NCBI GenBank assembly: GCA_048373195.1
Contig: DBGDZK010000183.1
Coordinates: 1 to 54,821 of the forward strand
Reading direction: 5' to 3'
From: Collinsella sp.
Lineage (GTDB): Bacteria; Actinomycetota; Coriobacteriia; Coriobacteriales; Coriobacteriaceae
Length of the DNA: 54,821 nucleotides
Of the stretch, positions 20,117-30,390 are shown in pieces. A model generated the notes under the pieces. That model was not told the origin of the DNA. It was given only the letters and a program-made list of their open reading frames with translations, and ran no database searches. A program made the translations under genes and the position numbers. Within the stretch, counting starts at the first letter, position 1; each line of letters starts with the position of its first letter.

Positions 20117-20833
20117 TTAGCGCTTCTTCTTGTTCTTCTTCTGCTTGCGCTGCTTGCCCTTGGTCTCCTGGGGCTTGTCGCCCTGTTTGGCTTCGGCGGC
20201 GGCCTTTTCTGCCTTCATTTTCTTCTTCTTGGTCTCGATGCGGAGTTTTTTGTTGATGCGCGCCTTGAGGAAGGAGCCAAACTGCTCGGCATCACCACGC
20301 ACAAAAGTGTCCTTAGGGATCGTCACGCCCTGGTCGGCGAACATGGCCACAAAGATGCGCTCGCCGTCGAGTACATGGTCGAGCTTCTCAAACGGGAAGA
20401 ACTGCGACTTGCCGCTCTTGCCCCAGACCATCAGGCCGTCCTCGTTGGCGGCGACGCGGCGGTAGCGGCCGCCCATGGACTCGTCTGCCTCGACGGCTTC
20501 GATAAAGTCGCGCGCGAGCGTATGGTGTAGGTTTTTGCTCCACCAGGCCAAAAAGGCGCCGAACACGATTAGCACGACGCCGAACTTGATCCAGCTGCCG
20601 CCGGCCACCAGCATGCCGATGCCGATGAGCGCGGCAATTGCCGCGGCGACATACAGGGAGCCACGGCGCCTGGGCGAGGCGACCAGACGGGCGAAATCGG
20701 TGACGAGGTCGTTTTCGTACTGATACTCGTTGAGGTACAGAATGCCGTCGTCGGCTGCGGCCTGCTTCTCGAGCGCGACCTCGACCTGGTCGGCTGCTTC
20801 GGAGGGAACGAGGTTGCTCTCTGCGTCTGCCAT
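20117..20833 (-). CDS. YcxB-like membrane protein
   Basis: Two TM helices, a soluble domain with IPKDTF and a Lys-rich tail; RBS AGGAG. Confidence 0.65.
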   Translation of the reverse strand: MADAESNLVPSEAADQVEVALEKQAAADDGILYLNEYQYENDLVTDFARLVASPRRRGSLYVAAAIAALIGIGMLVAGGSWIKFGVVLIVFGAFLAWWSKNLHHTLARDFIEAVEADESMGGRYRRVAANEDGLMVWGKSGKSQFFPFEKLDHVLDGERIFVAMFADQGVTIPKDTFVRGDAEQFGSFLKARINKKLRIETKKKKMKAEKAAAEAKQGDKPQETKGKQRKQKKNKKKR

Positions 20834-20949
20834 GCTCTTTGGACTCCTATCGCGGCGGGCTCGCCGTACGGGTTATTATGGAATGCAGTATGCCGTGCGA
20901 CCGCATGGCCGCCGCGGCAACAAGACTCAGTATACCCGGGGGAGCACCC

Positions 20950-23436
20950 ATGGAATCGTTGTACCGAAAGTATCGCCCGCTCACCTTTGACTCCGTGGTG
21001 GGCCAGCAGCATATCGTCTCGACGCTCGAGCACGCCATCACCGAGGGGCGCCTGTCCCACGCCTACCTGTTCTGCGGACCGCGCGGCACGGGCAAGACCA
21101 CCATGGCGCGCATTCTGGCCAAGGCGCTGCTGTGCCGCAATGCCGAGGCGGCGCGCGCCGAGGGTGCAAGCGGCTGCATGCCCGACGGTACTTGCGAGGA
21201 GTGCGAGCTCATTGCCGAGGGTAACCACCCCGATGTCTACGAGCTCGATGCCGCAAGCCGTACCGGCGTGGACAACGTGCGCGAGGAGATCATCAACTCC
21301 GTCAACTTTGCCCCAGTGCGCGGCAAGTACAAGATTTATATCATCGACGAGGTCCACATGCTCACGACGGCGGCGTTTAACGCGCTGCTCAAGACGCTCG
21401 AGGAGCCGCCGGCGCACGTGATCTTTGTGCTGTGTACCACCGACCCGCAAAAGATTCTGGAGACAATCCTTTCGCGCTGCCAGCGCTTCGATTTCCACCG
21501 CATTGGTAACGAGGATATCGAGCGCCGCCTGGCATACGTGTGCGAGCAGGAGGGCTTCGACTACGACGATGAGGCGCTTGCCATCGTGGCGCGCCATGCC
21601 AAGGGCGGCATGCGCGACGCGCTCTCCACGCTGGAGCAGCTGAGCGTCTTCGGCAACGGCACCGTGCATGCGGACGATGCCCGCTCGCTTTTGGGCGAGG
21701 TTTCGGACCAGATTCTGGGCGAGTTTGCGCGCGCCATTGCCGATCGCGATGTCGCCGAGCTGTATGGGCTTATTCGCGCGCAGGTCGAGGAAGGTAACGA
21801 TCTGCTGGAACTGACGCGCGACCTGGTGGCGCATGTGCGCGACGTGTACGTGGCCTGCGTTGCCGGTGCCCGTGCCGAGTTGTTTGAGGGCGGCGCCGAG
21901 CAGGCCGAGGCGCTTGCTGCCGAGGCCGCTGCCTTTGGCGAGCATCCTGCCGACCGTTTGGCTCGCGTGCTGACGGTGCTCGACGATGCCGCGCTGGAGA
22001 TGAGGGGTGCGAGCGACGTGCGCCTGGTGCTCGAGATCGCCTGCACTCGCCTGGCGCGTCCCGAGGCCGATTTAACGATTGAGGCTTTGGCCGAGCGCGT
22101 GGCACGCTTGGAGGCCATGGTTGCCAATGCCGCGGTGCCGGCGAGCGTGGCTGCTGCTCAGGCCGCCGCGCCTGCAGCATCCGTACCCGCTGCCGCCCAG
22201 CAGCCGACGCTTATCTCGGGTGCCCGAGCTGCCGCTCCGGCGGCATCTGCTACCCCCGCTGATACGTCCGCGCGCCAGGGCGGTATGCCTTGGGACCGTG
22301 GTGCTGCCGCTCCGGCGGCTCAGCCTGCGCCCCGTTCTGCGTCCGTGTCGGCTTCCAAGTCTGCAGCGTCTGCACCTCAGTCTGCGCCGGCTCCGACGCC
22401 TCAGCCCGTTGCGACCCCCGCGCCTGCCACCGCTCCGGCACCTAAGCCCCAGCCCAACACCGCCGCCCAAGTTGCCTCCGCCGGTGCTGCCGAGACCCCC
22501 GCGGTCGAGGACGCCGGCGAGCTCCAGCGTAAATGGGCCGAGGTCGTCGAGCGCGTCAAGACGCGTCAGGCTTCCTATGCGGGCCTGCTGCTCAACGCTC
22601 GCGCCACGGCCGACGACGGCTCCAAGCTCACGGTCTCGTTCCCCGCGGGCTCGACCTTTGCCATCAAGATGCTCGGTCGTGCCGATACGCAGTCGGTAGT
22701 CCTGCCGACGGTCTGCGCGGTCTTTGGTCGTCGCACCGTCGACTATGTCCTGGATGGGGGTGGCACGCCGGCTCCTCAACATGAGGAGCATTCTCCATCT
22801 GCACGGGCTGCGGTATCTGCGGACCCGCAACCCGTGTCCTCGGCGGCCCCTGCATCCTCGAGCGCCAGCGCGCAGCAGCAAGCGGCGCCGATAGCGGCAC
22901 CGACCCCATCGGCGCCTAAGCCCGTCGCGCCCAAACCTGCTGCCCCGGCGCCCGCACCCAAGCCTGTCGCGCCCGCGCCCAAGTCATCCGACCTGGCCAA
23001 GGCCCCTTGGCTGCGCTCCGACAACCCTGCCGGTGCTCCTGCCACGGGCAAGCTCCCGACCGAGCCCGCGCCCCGAGCGCCCGAGCGCGCGTCCGTCCCC
23101 ATGGCTCAGCCGCCTGCGCAGGCTGCGCCATGGGAATCCGAGCAGGTGCCCTACGACGATGCTATGGTCGGTGGTTTTGCTGCCGATGCCGGCGGGGACG
23201 ATCTGCCCCCGTTCGACGTGCCGGGTGCGGCGTCCGCGACCAAGGCCGCTGCTGTGGCACCCGCAGCCTCTGCAAACGACGACGTCCCCGCCGCTCCCTG
23301 GGAATCCAATCCCGGTGCTGGCAGCCCCTTCGGCCATCAGGGCGCAGCCCCGAGCATCCCGCAGACCGAGGACGAGGCCAAGGCCCTCATCCGCAGCGTC
23401 TTTGGCCAGGCCACCATCTTCAAGCCGGTGGAGTAG
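20950..23436 (+). CDS. dnaX: DNA polymerase III subunit gamma/tau
   Basis: LYRKYRP, GPRGTGKT, ELDAAS, IIDEVHML, SRC, GGMRDALS. Confidence 0.97.
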   Translation: MESLYRKYRPLTFDSVVGQQHIVSTLEHAITEGRLSHAYLFCGPRGTGKTTMARILAKALLCRNAEAARAEGASGCMPDGTCEECELIAEGNHPDVYELDAASRTGVDNVREEIINSVNFAPVRGKYKIYIIDEVHMLTTAAFNALLKTLEEPPAHVIFVLCTTDPQKILETILSRCQRFDFHRIGNEDIERRLAYVCEQEGFDYDDEALAIVARHAKGGMRDALSTLEQLSVFGNGTVHADDARSLLGEVSDQILGEFARAIADRDVAELYGLIRAQVEEGNDLLELTRDLVAHVRDVYVACVAGARAELFEGGAEQAEALAAEAAAFGEHPADRLARVLTVLDDAALEMRGASDVRLVLEIACTRLARPEADLTIEALAERVARLEAMVANAAVPASVAAAQAAAPAASVPAAAQQPTLISGARAAAPAASATPADTSARQGGMPWDRGAAAPAAQPAPRSASVSASKSAASAPQSAPAPTPQPVATPAPATAPAPKPQPNTAAQVASAGAAETPAVEDAGELQRKWAEVVERVKTRQASYAGLLLNARATADDGSKLTVSFPAGSTFAIKMLGRADTQSVVLPTVCAVFGRRTVDYVLDGGGTPAPQHEEHSPSARAAVSADPQPVSSAAPASSSASAQQQAAPIAAPTPSAPKPVAPKPAAPAPAPKPVAPAPKSSDLAKAPWLRSDNPAGAPATGKLPTEPAPRAPERASVPMAQPPAQAAPWESEQVPYDDAMVGGFAADAGGDDLPPFDVPGAASATKAAAVAPAASANDDVPAAPWESNPGAGSPFGHQGAAPSIPQTEDEAKALIRSVFGQATIFKPVE

Positions 23437-23457
23437 CTGCGCAGGCGGGTATACTGC

Positions 23458-23931
23458 TCAAGAAGAGGACCCCTTGTCCGGGCGCATTTGTATTTCGGAC
23501 ATGTGTAGTGTGGTGCCGCGTATGTCGCATTCGAGCAGACAGGTACGTGACGGTCGGCCTAGGATGCTGAGGTCGATACGATACGTCGCATGGCTGTCCG
23601 TGTACTCGACTTGCTCGGCGTTAATGGTTGCTCCGATTGCCAAATAAACGCCTAGCTCGGCATCGACAATCTTGAAGTCCTTTATCTTGACCTTGAACTC
23701 TTGATAGAGGGACGGGCTGTTGTAGTAGACGGTTCGGGTTCCGTCGGTGCACTCATCGGTCGTCTCCCATTTGACGACGGGCTGGTCCGAGCTGGCTATC
23801 AGCAGTTCTGCTCCAAAAGCTATGGCATGGGTGATGACAACCAGCAATGCCCAGCCGACAAAGAGATAGAGAACCACATATGCAACGGGGTGTTTTGAGC
23901 GGATGTTTTGGAGCGCGTTGGGGGCATTCAT
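23458..23931 (-). CDS. Hypothetical membrane-anchored protein
   Basis: 157-aa ORF with N-terminal TM and RBS GAGGTG; AT-richer than its neighbours. Confidence 0.65.
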   Translation of the reverse strand: MNAPNALQNIRSKHPVAYVVLYLFVGWALLVVITHAIAFGAELLIASSDQPVVKWETTDECTDGTRTVYYNSPSLYQEFKVKIKDFKIVDAELGVYLAIGATINAEQVEYTDSHATYRIDLSILGRPSRTCLLECDIRGTTLHMSEIQMRPDKGSSS

Positions 23932-24270
23932 GGGGCACCTCAAAATTACTATCTATGGCAATCAAATTATACCCTGCCGCCATGTGCGCCGCCTCGAGCA
24001 GCGGTTCGGCATTTAGCTATTTAGTGGTACGCATTAAATGTCGGATTCCGGCTCTACGAGATTTAGCTTTCAATATTATGCAGATGCGAATTATTCAACT
24101 TTGCATAATCTTGGGGGCGCATCACGCTCCAGGACATGTATATCGACTGAGGTAACACGTCCGCCCCGCTTTCTCGCCGCGCGCCGTGGTACGATTTTTG
24201 AGTTTGAAAGTCCCGCCGTGCTCCGGCTGCCCTTGCAGCTTGTCGCGCGGCCGCACGTAAAGGAGCCATC

Positions 24271-24591
24271 ATGGCCGGTATGAACATGCAGCAGATGATG
24301 AAGCAGGCTCGCAAGATGCAGGAGCAGCTTGCCGCCGCGCAGGAGAACCTCAAGTCCCAGACCGTCGACGCCTCTGCCGGCGGCGGTATGGTCAAGGTGA
24401 CCGTCAACGGCGAGATGGAGCTCGTCAACCTCACCATCGATCCCGATGCCCTCGATCCCGAGGACGTCGATATGCTGCAGGACATGATCATGGCTGCCGT
24501 CAACGAGGCCGTCCGCGGCGTCAACGAGCTCGCCAACAAGCAGATGGGCGCCATCACCGGCGGCCTCAACATCCCGGGCATGCCGTTCTAA
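24271..24591 (+). CDS. ybaB: YbaB/EbfC nucleoid-associated protein
   Basis: [29 protein letters not shown]; directly upstream of recR. Confidence 0.95.
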   Translation: MAGMNMQQMMKQARKMQEQLAAAQENLKSQTVDASAGGGMVKVTVNGEMELVNLTIDPDALDPEDVDMLQDMIMAAVNEAVRGVNELANKQMGAITGGLNIPGMPF

Positions 24592-24604
24592 GACACACAT
24601 ATAT

Positions 24605-25201
24605 ATGAGTGCGAATCACAGTCTGCAAAAACTGATCGATGAACTGGGTCGTCTGCCGGGCATTGGTCCCAAGTCGGCCCAGCGCATCGCCTATTACCTG
24701 CTCGAGGCCGATGCCGAGGAGGCCCGCCGCCTGGCCGAGGCCATCCTGGAGGTCAAGCAGGAGGTCCACTTTTGCAGCCGTTGCTTTAACTACGCCACGG
24801 CCGATGAGTGCTCCATCTGCCAGGACCCGATGCGCGATACCACTCGCATTTGCGTTGTGGGCGAGCCGCGCGACGTCCAGGCGATCGAGCGCACGGGCAG
24901 CTACCACGGCCTCTACCACGTATTGGGCGGTGTGATCAGCCCCATGGACAAGATTGGTCCCGAGCAGTTGCACATCCGCGAGCTGTTGGCGCGTCTGGGC
25001 CGCGAGGATATCCATGAGGTCATCATCGCCACCAACCCCAATATTGAGGGCGAGACCACGGCGAGCTATCTGGCCCGTACCATCAAGCCGTTGGGCGTCG
25101 AGGTGTCGCGTCTGGCAAGCGGCCTTCCCGTGGGCGGCGACTTGGAGTATGCCGACGAGCTTACGCTTGGCCGCGCCATCGAGGCCCGTCGCGCGATTTA
25201 G
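24605..25201 (+). CDS. recR: Recombination mediator RecR
   Basis: [12 protein letters not shown]4 zinc finger, [19 protein letters not shown]. Confidence 0.97.
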   Translation: MSANHSLQKLIDELGRLPGIGPKSAQRIAYYLLEADAEEARRLAEAILEVKQEVHFCSRCFNYATADECSICQDPMRDTTRICVVGEPRDVQAIERTGSYHGLYHVLGGVISPMDKIGPEQLHIRELLARLGREDIHEVIIATNPNIEGETTASYLARTIKPLGVEVSRLASGLPVGGDLEYADELTLGRAIEARRAI

Positions 25202-25446
25202 GTGGCGAGCCTGCTCCTGCCGTATGTTTTCCTCGCGGCGCACGGGGTAGTCATAATATCCCCGTGTGACTGTGAGTTTGTTGTGCAACAAAGATGCTTC
25301 GTATCCGCTTATCGCATGGATGCTTCCGCTCGCATCCTTAATTTGCCCATTCGTTGCGCAACCTTTTGGGTTCGCTGATACACTCAAATATGGATTTGAA
25401 TGAATGCGCCGCTCCCGAGCGGCGTGTTTTTGTTGGAGGAGAACGC

Positions 25447-26352
25447 ATGCGGCCCGGTGGCACTCAGACAAAGCGCGGCGCCGCGGTGCGCATACGACGC
25501 CGACTGGGCTTGGCGCCGCGGGCGTACGCACTGCTATCGTGCTCGCTGGTGCTGGTCATAGCTGGCGTTTCTGCCTATGGCATGACCGTGCCGTCCATGA
25601 TGCAGGCGCATGCCGCACGCGAACCGCGCGTGGGGCATGAGGTCAAAAGCGATCTGGGCACCACGACTGGATATGCTTGGGCAAGTGTGGTCGCGCATAT
25701 TGTGTTTGGCACTGACGATGCGGACGGCGCCGAGGCCCCGGACAACGAAGTCACGCTTGCCAACGGCAAAACCATCGTGCTCACCAACACCAAGATCATC
25801 GATCGGTTGTCCAACAATAGCGTGGCGGCAACGGTGAATAAGGTCGAGCAGCAAAAGGAGCAGGACGCCCAGCAGTCCGGAAAGCCCGGTAGCTCGGATA
25901 CTTCTGGCTCCGGCTCGGATTCATCGAGTTCGGGCGGCGGCTCTGGGGCGGGTTCCTCTACCGGAGGGTCTGGAAACGGCGGCTCGACGGGCGGCAACAC
26001 TGACAACGATGCAAACTCCGGTGGCCTTTCCGCTGCTGAGGAAGAGAGCATTCACAGTTGGCTTGTGACCAAGTACAACATGCTCGACGGCTATGTTTCT
26101 CGTGCCAATGACGTGGTCTCGACCTATAACTCTACGGGAGATCCCAGACCGTGCGACAGCCTGGTCGGGGAGATGTTTGTTATTCGAGCTGAGTTCGGTC
26201 GTCAGACATTCTCGCCCCGGTCAAAGTGGTATCAGCAGTATGCCAATCTGTGGGGCTGTTACACCAACCTATGTCAATGGGTCGGCCATTACGGCGATGA
26301 TGACGTCGCGCTCGGTAACTTCAACAATAGCGTGGCGGCGCTTGCCCTATGA
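25447..26352 (+). CDS. Hypothetical membrane-anchored protein with Gly/Ser linker
   Basis: RBS GGAGGA before ATG 25447; TM helix, G/S-rich tract and C-terminal helical domain; stop overlaps the kinase start. Confidence 0.65.
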   Translation: MRPGGTQTKRGAAVRIRRRLGLAPRAYALLSCSLVLVIAGVSAYGMTVPSMMQAHAAREPRVGHEVKSDLGTTTGYAWASVVAHIVFGTDDADGAEAPDNEVTLANGKTIVLTNTKIIDRLSNNSVAATVNKVEQQKEQDAQQSGKPGSSDTSGSGSDSSSSGGGSGAGSSTGGSGNGGSTGGNTDNDANSGGLSAAEEESIHSWLVTKYNMLDGYVSRANDVVSTYNSTGDPRPCDSLVGEMFVIRAEFGRQTFSPRSKWYQQYANLWGCYTNLCQWVGHYGDDDVALGNFNNSVAALAL

Positions 26353-28193
26353 TGACCGATCTTGCATCCACCACACCACAATCGCTCGGTCGCGATCCCA
26401 TGGTCGGCCTGCGCCTGGCGCGTGTCGACGGGTTTGAGCCGGCCATTGCGCTCGGTCAGGACGAACTGCCTACCTATCTGCGTCGTTTTACGATGCTGTT
26501 TGCCGACGATGCCACCATGCGCCGTGGCGGTATCGGCCGCGTGACGCGTGCCGTCAACGCCCAAGGCGAGGCAGTGGCACTCAAGCAGCTCATCTTGCCG
26601 ACGCGCGATGAGTTTGATGACGATGCCGCTCACGAGGCGCTGGTCGCCAAGTTCAAGGCGGCGTTTCGCGAGGAATACGAATGCCATCGCGCCCTTTCGG
26701 GCCTTAAGGGCTTTCCCCGCCTCTATGGCTGGGGCGAGGTCGACGGTGTGCCTGCAATTGTCATGGAATGGGTCGAGGGCGAGACACTTGCCCGCTTGCG
26801 TTCGCGACTCGCCGTGGACGATGCCGGACGCCTGTCGCCGCTTGTGGCGGCGCGTCTGGGTCGCGACCTGTTCGATCTGCTCTGCCGTATGAGCCTGGTG
26901 GGCGAGGGCTTTGTCCATCGCGATATCTCGCCCGCTAATATTATGGTGCGTACGGCGCGTCTACCGCTTGACCGGCAGCTTGCCGAGGGCACCTTTGACC
27001 TGTGCCTGATCGACTTTGGCTCGTCGCTGGCGCTCGAGCCTGCGTCGGCCGTGGCCGGTACCGGCGGCAAGGCGTCGTTTACGGAGCGCTATGCCACGCT
27101 GCGTCGCGCGACGGTTGCCTATGCCCCGCCCGAGATGCTCACCGACGATATTCCCGACCTGCGCGCTTTGCGTATGTCGCCGGCGATTGACGTCTATGCC
27201 GCGGCAAGCACTGTTTACGAGCTCATTGCCGGCGTCGCGCCATACGAAGCCGCGCCGAGCACTTCGGGTACCTCGGGTTCGCGCAAAAAGACGCGTGACA
27301 TCGCCAGCCCCTACCGTCTCAAGATGGACACGCGGCCCGACTATCCCATTGGTGCCCATGCGCCCGGTTGCGATTTGACTCAGCTGCTTCGTCGTGAGCC
27401 CGATGTGGCGCTCGCCGCGGCCGAGCAGGCCCAGCAGCTAGGGCTTGAGCCGGATTCCGAAGAGCTACGCGATGCGCTGGCGTTTGTCGATGCCCAGCTG
27501 TTCGACGTGGTGATGGCCTGTCTGTCCAGCCATCAAAAAGATCGTCCCGAGCCGGCGGCGGTCGAGGCGGCGCTCTCGGCGTTTTGTGACCACTATGCGC
27601 AAAATGTCGGTCGTTCGCTCCGCGGCGAGCCGCTCACGCCGTGCCCCATGGATGCGTCTGGCCGCGCGGTTCGTCGCGCGGCGATGATCGGTGCGGCGGT
27701 CGTCTGTGGCGTGGTTTGGGCTGTGGTCGTGGTTTCGGCCGCGCTGCTGGCGTCGGGCGCTCGCGTGACGGCGACTTTGGGATCGCTCGTGTGGTCTGGG
27801 TCGCTACCGGGTATTATTGCCGCACTGGCGTTGGCGCTGCCAGGCATAGCCGGCGTTGCCGCGGGGGCACTTGCGCGCGATCGGCGCTCGGGCTTCCTGC
27901 AGGGCGTGCTTGCGCTTTCTGCCTGCGAGGTTCCGGTGCTGGTTGTGGCTGCATGTAGCGTATTTTCCCAACGCGCCGTGATGGGCGGCCTTGTTGCCGC
28001 TCTGGTTGCGACCTATACGCTTACGTGGTTTTTACTTGCGATGGGCTTTGCCTTTGAACTTCCCGTTTCGGCACCACGACGCACAAAAGCCCAGATGGCG
28101 ACTCCGCTTGCCGGTGGAGCCGCAGCTGCCCGTACTTTTGGCGGACCTGTCGAAGTATCGTCCGATTCTATTTCTACGACCAAGGAGGCCTAG
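26349..28193 (+). CDS. Ser/Thr protein kinase with C-terminal TM helices
   Basis: GGIGRV, VALK, HRDISPANIM, DFG, YAPPE, DVY. Confidence 0.88.
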   Translation: MMTDLASTTPQSLGRDPMVGLRLARVDGFEPAIALGQDELPTYLRRFTMLFADDATMRRGGIGRVTRAVNAQGEAVALKQLILPTRDEFDDDAAHEALVAKFKAAFREEYECHRALSGLKGFPRLYGWGEVDGVPAIVMEWVEGETLARLRSRLAVDDAGRLSPLVAARLGRDLFDLLCRMSLVGEGFVHRDISPANIMVRTARLPLDRQLAEGTFDLCLIDFGSSLALEPASAVAGTGGKASFTERYATLRRATVAYAPPEMLTDDIPDLRALRMSPAIDVYAAASTVYELIAGVAPYEAAPSTSGTSGSRKKTRDIASPYRLKMDTRPDYPIGAHAPGCDLTQLLRREPDVALAAAEQAQQLGLEPDSEELRDALAFVDAQLFDVVMACLSSHQKDRPEPAAVEAALSAFCDHYAQNVGRSLRGEPLTPCPMDASGRAVRRAAMIGAAVVCGVVWAVVVVSAALLASGARVTATLGSLVWSGSLPGIIAALALALPGIAGVAAGALARDRRSGFLQGVLALSACEVPVLVVAACSVFSQRAVMGGLVAALVATYTLTWFLLAMGFAFELPVSAPRRTKAQMATPLAGGAAAARTFGGPVEVSSDSISTTKEA

Positions 28194-28222
28194 GTCATGA
28201 CATCTCAAGTTGATGCGGGGCC

Positions 28223-29125
28223 ATGTTTGACATCTTTAAACGCGCGGCGCATCTGAGCCATATCGAGCTGTGCGGCTTGGTGCTTTCGTCCCGTCCGCTC
28301 GCCGACGGCCGCAGCCCGCAGAGCCGAGCCGCCGATCGCTCTTGGGTTTCCCGCTTTATCGTTCGCGCGCCGGTCGGCACGCTTCAGCAGCGCTACTTTG
28401 CCGAATACGGTACCTCGGCTGCGCGCATTATGTCGCAACTGGCCCTGCGCCAGCGAAATCCCATGGACTCCACGGCTGTGATCAATATGGTGTGCGGTCC
28501 TGCAGGTGAACCGATGGTACGCGCGCTCGAAGAGTGCCACCAGGACACGAATCTCTATCGCAACGCGCTCGATCGCCTGTCCCAGGCGGCGGAACTCATG
28601 CCCGCCGAGCGCGCCGAGGCCGTGCTGGTGCTGTTTGTCGCTGTCGGTTGTTCGGCGGATGTGCGGTCCTCGGTGAACTATGCCATCGGCTACGCGCACG
28701 CGACCTGTGGCGGAGGAACATCCACGCCGCGTTCGCTTGGCATGTCGATGACCGCGGGCGAACGCGAACCTGCCCCGGCGCACCCCTTGGGCTTGCTGCG
28801 CGTACAAAACAGTTTTGTCGTGAGCGCCCCGCGCTGGATTCAGCCGAGCGAGCAGGGTGTTGAGATTGGCGCGCTGGCCACTGGTGAGGGCGATATTACC
28901 GACGTCGGCGACGATGTCTCGGCCCGCCATGCCCATATCTGGTGCGATGCTCAAAATATCTGGCACGTCGAGGACTTGTCGTCCACCAACGGAACCGTGG
29001 TGGTAAACGGGGCCACGCGCGTCTGCATTCAGGTCGAGCCCGGCCGTTCCGCCCAACTCAATCCCGGCGACGAGCTCAAGCTCGGCGAATCCACTACCTA
29101 CGCCATTCTCTTCGGTGCCCTCTAG
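28223..29125 (+). CDS. FHA domain protein
   Basis: C-terminal VSARHA, EDLSSTNGT, LNPGDELKLG. Confidence 0.85.
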   Translation: MFDIFKRAAHLSHIELCGLVLSSRPLADGRSPQSRAADRSWVSRFIVRAPVGTLQQRYFAEYGTSAARIMSQLALRQRNPMDSTAVINMVCGPAGEPMVRALEECHQDTNLYRNALDRLSQAAELMPAERAEAVLVLFVAVGCSADVRSSVNYAIGYAHATCGGGTSTPRSLGMSMTAGEREPAPAHPLGLLRVQNSFVVSAPRWIQPSEQGVEIGALATGEGDITDVGDDVSARHAHIWCDAQNIWHVEDLSSTNGTVVVNGATRVCIQVEPGRSAQLNPGDELKLGESTTYAILFGAL

Positions 29126-29231
29126 CCGGCAGTTAGGGACGTTCCTTTTCTGCCGGCACTTGGGGACGCTTCTCGGCGCGCCAGAGCCGGTCGCCTGGGG
29201 ATGGAGGGGCCATTTTGGCCCTTGGCGGTCA
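28694..29231 (+). repeat. Left copy of a ~530-bp diverged direct repeat (FHA 3' half plus downstream DNA)
   Basis: Collinear with 35439-35967, including non-coding DNA after the stop. Confidence 0.9.
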
Positions 29232-29299
29232 GTCGGGGCGAAACTAGAAGATCTTTCCGATTCGCGGCTGTTCATGCTTGTAGAGCATCTAAAACAATA

Positions 29300-30160
29300 G
29301 GATGTTATTCTGGAATATGCCGGGTGCGTGAACTTGCCTGTCTTAGCCTTAATAAGGTATAGGGGAGTTTGGCTCAGGGGTTCCGTCTTGTTCTTCAGCG
29401 CAGTATTGTGGGACAGATTTGCTGAGATTGGCGCCTTACACCGCAGAGCGCACGGAAGGCTCTCGATTTGTGTTCTGGCCCCAGAATACAGGGCCTGATA
29501 CTTACCAACTGTGGCATGGATGTAACATCTGTAGAAATCAACCCTTTTGTTGTCGACCTTTGTAAGAAAAACACTGCCATCAACTCTTTGGATGACGAAA
29601 CTGGGGTGCTTGAGGGGAGCCTTTACTCCCCTCTGAGAGATGACTCATGTTTTTCGCTTGTCGTTGTGAATCCTCCGTTACTGCCGATTCCGGATGAGAT
29701 TCCTTATCCCTTCGTTTGAGATGGAGGACAATCGGGTCTGGATAAAACACTTCGTATTCTTAAGGGTGGCGATACGCATTTAGAGAAAAACGGTAAATAC
29801 TGCTAATAGGGGTGACGACGATGGTGCAGGGGCGACCCGCGATGCTCTCATCAATACGTCGGATACTTGGGAAATCAGGTCTAGATGCATGTATGATGAT
29901 GCTGTGTGGCTATTCAATTAATCCGCGTTCCGAATGGGTGCAGGGTATAGCTGCGACATCGTATGCTTTTGACCCGGCGCGATACTCAGATATTTCTGAG
30001 GCGGTTGACGAAGTTTATACGCACTATGCCGCGCAAGGCGTTTCGGAAGTTTGCACATCTACGTTACGGGCTTAGGTTTCTTCAAGCGAGCAGGCCGGTT
30101 GCGTTATTTCGAGCGATTTTTCTAGTCTAGACGACAAAAGGCAAAGGATTTGATGGGTAT
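29300..30160 (+). pseudogene. Decayed class I SAM-dependent methyltransferase (HemK/PrmC-like)
   Basis: ALDLCSGPRIQG motif I, VEIN, VNPPL and PFV*DGGQSGL with an in-frame TGA (29717) plus further stops and frameshifts; ends are approximate. Confidence 0.75.
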
Positions 30161-30199
30161 AAAACGCGGACGTTTGTGGGCGGATGCTCAAATCTATTG

Positions 30200-30245
30200 T
30201 GGCAATCGGGCGGTTGAAAAAGATATTTCAACCGCCCGATTGCCA
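30200..30245. repeat. Perfect 20-bp inverted repeat
   Basis: TGGCAATCGGGCGGTTGAAA-AAGATA-TTTCAACCGCCCGATTGCCA. Confidence 0.9.
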
Positions 30246-30390
30246 GGTTCGTCGGAGGAGATGTCCGATTCCGACTCTCTTGTAGGAAGAGCTTGAGATC
30301 GTATTGGCCCAAGGCAATCTTAAAGCAGTCTCATTGGCAAATCTTCGCTCCTGTTGTGTTGAGGTGTAAGGTATCAGTGATTGATGTTTT

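Noticed and set aside
20834..23436. SRP RNA upstream of dnaX, or a dnaX programmed frameshift site
   Set aside because: No SRP domain IV motif and no A-AAA-AAG or poly-A slippery tract was seen.
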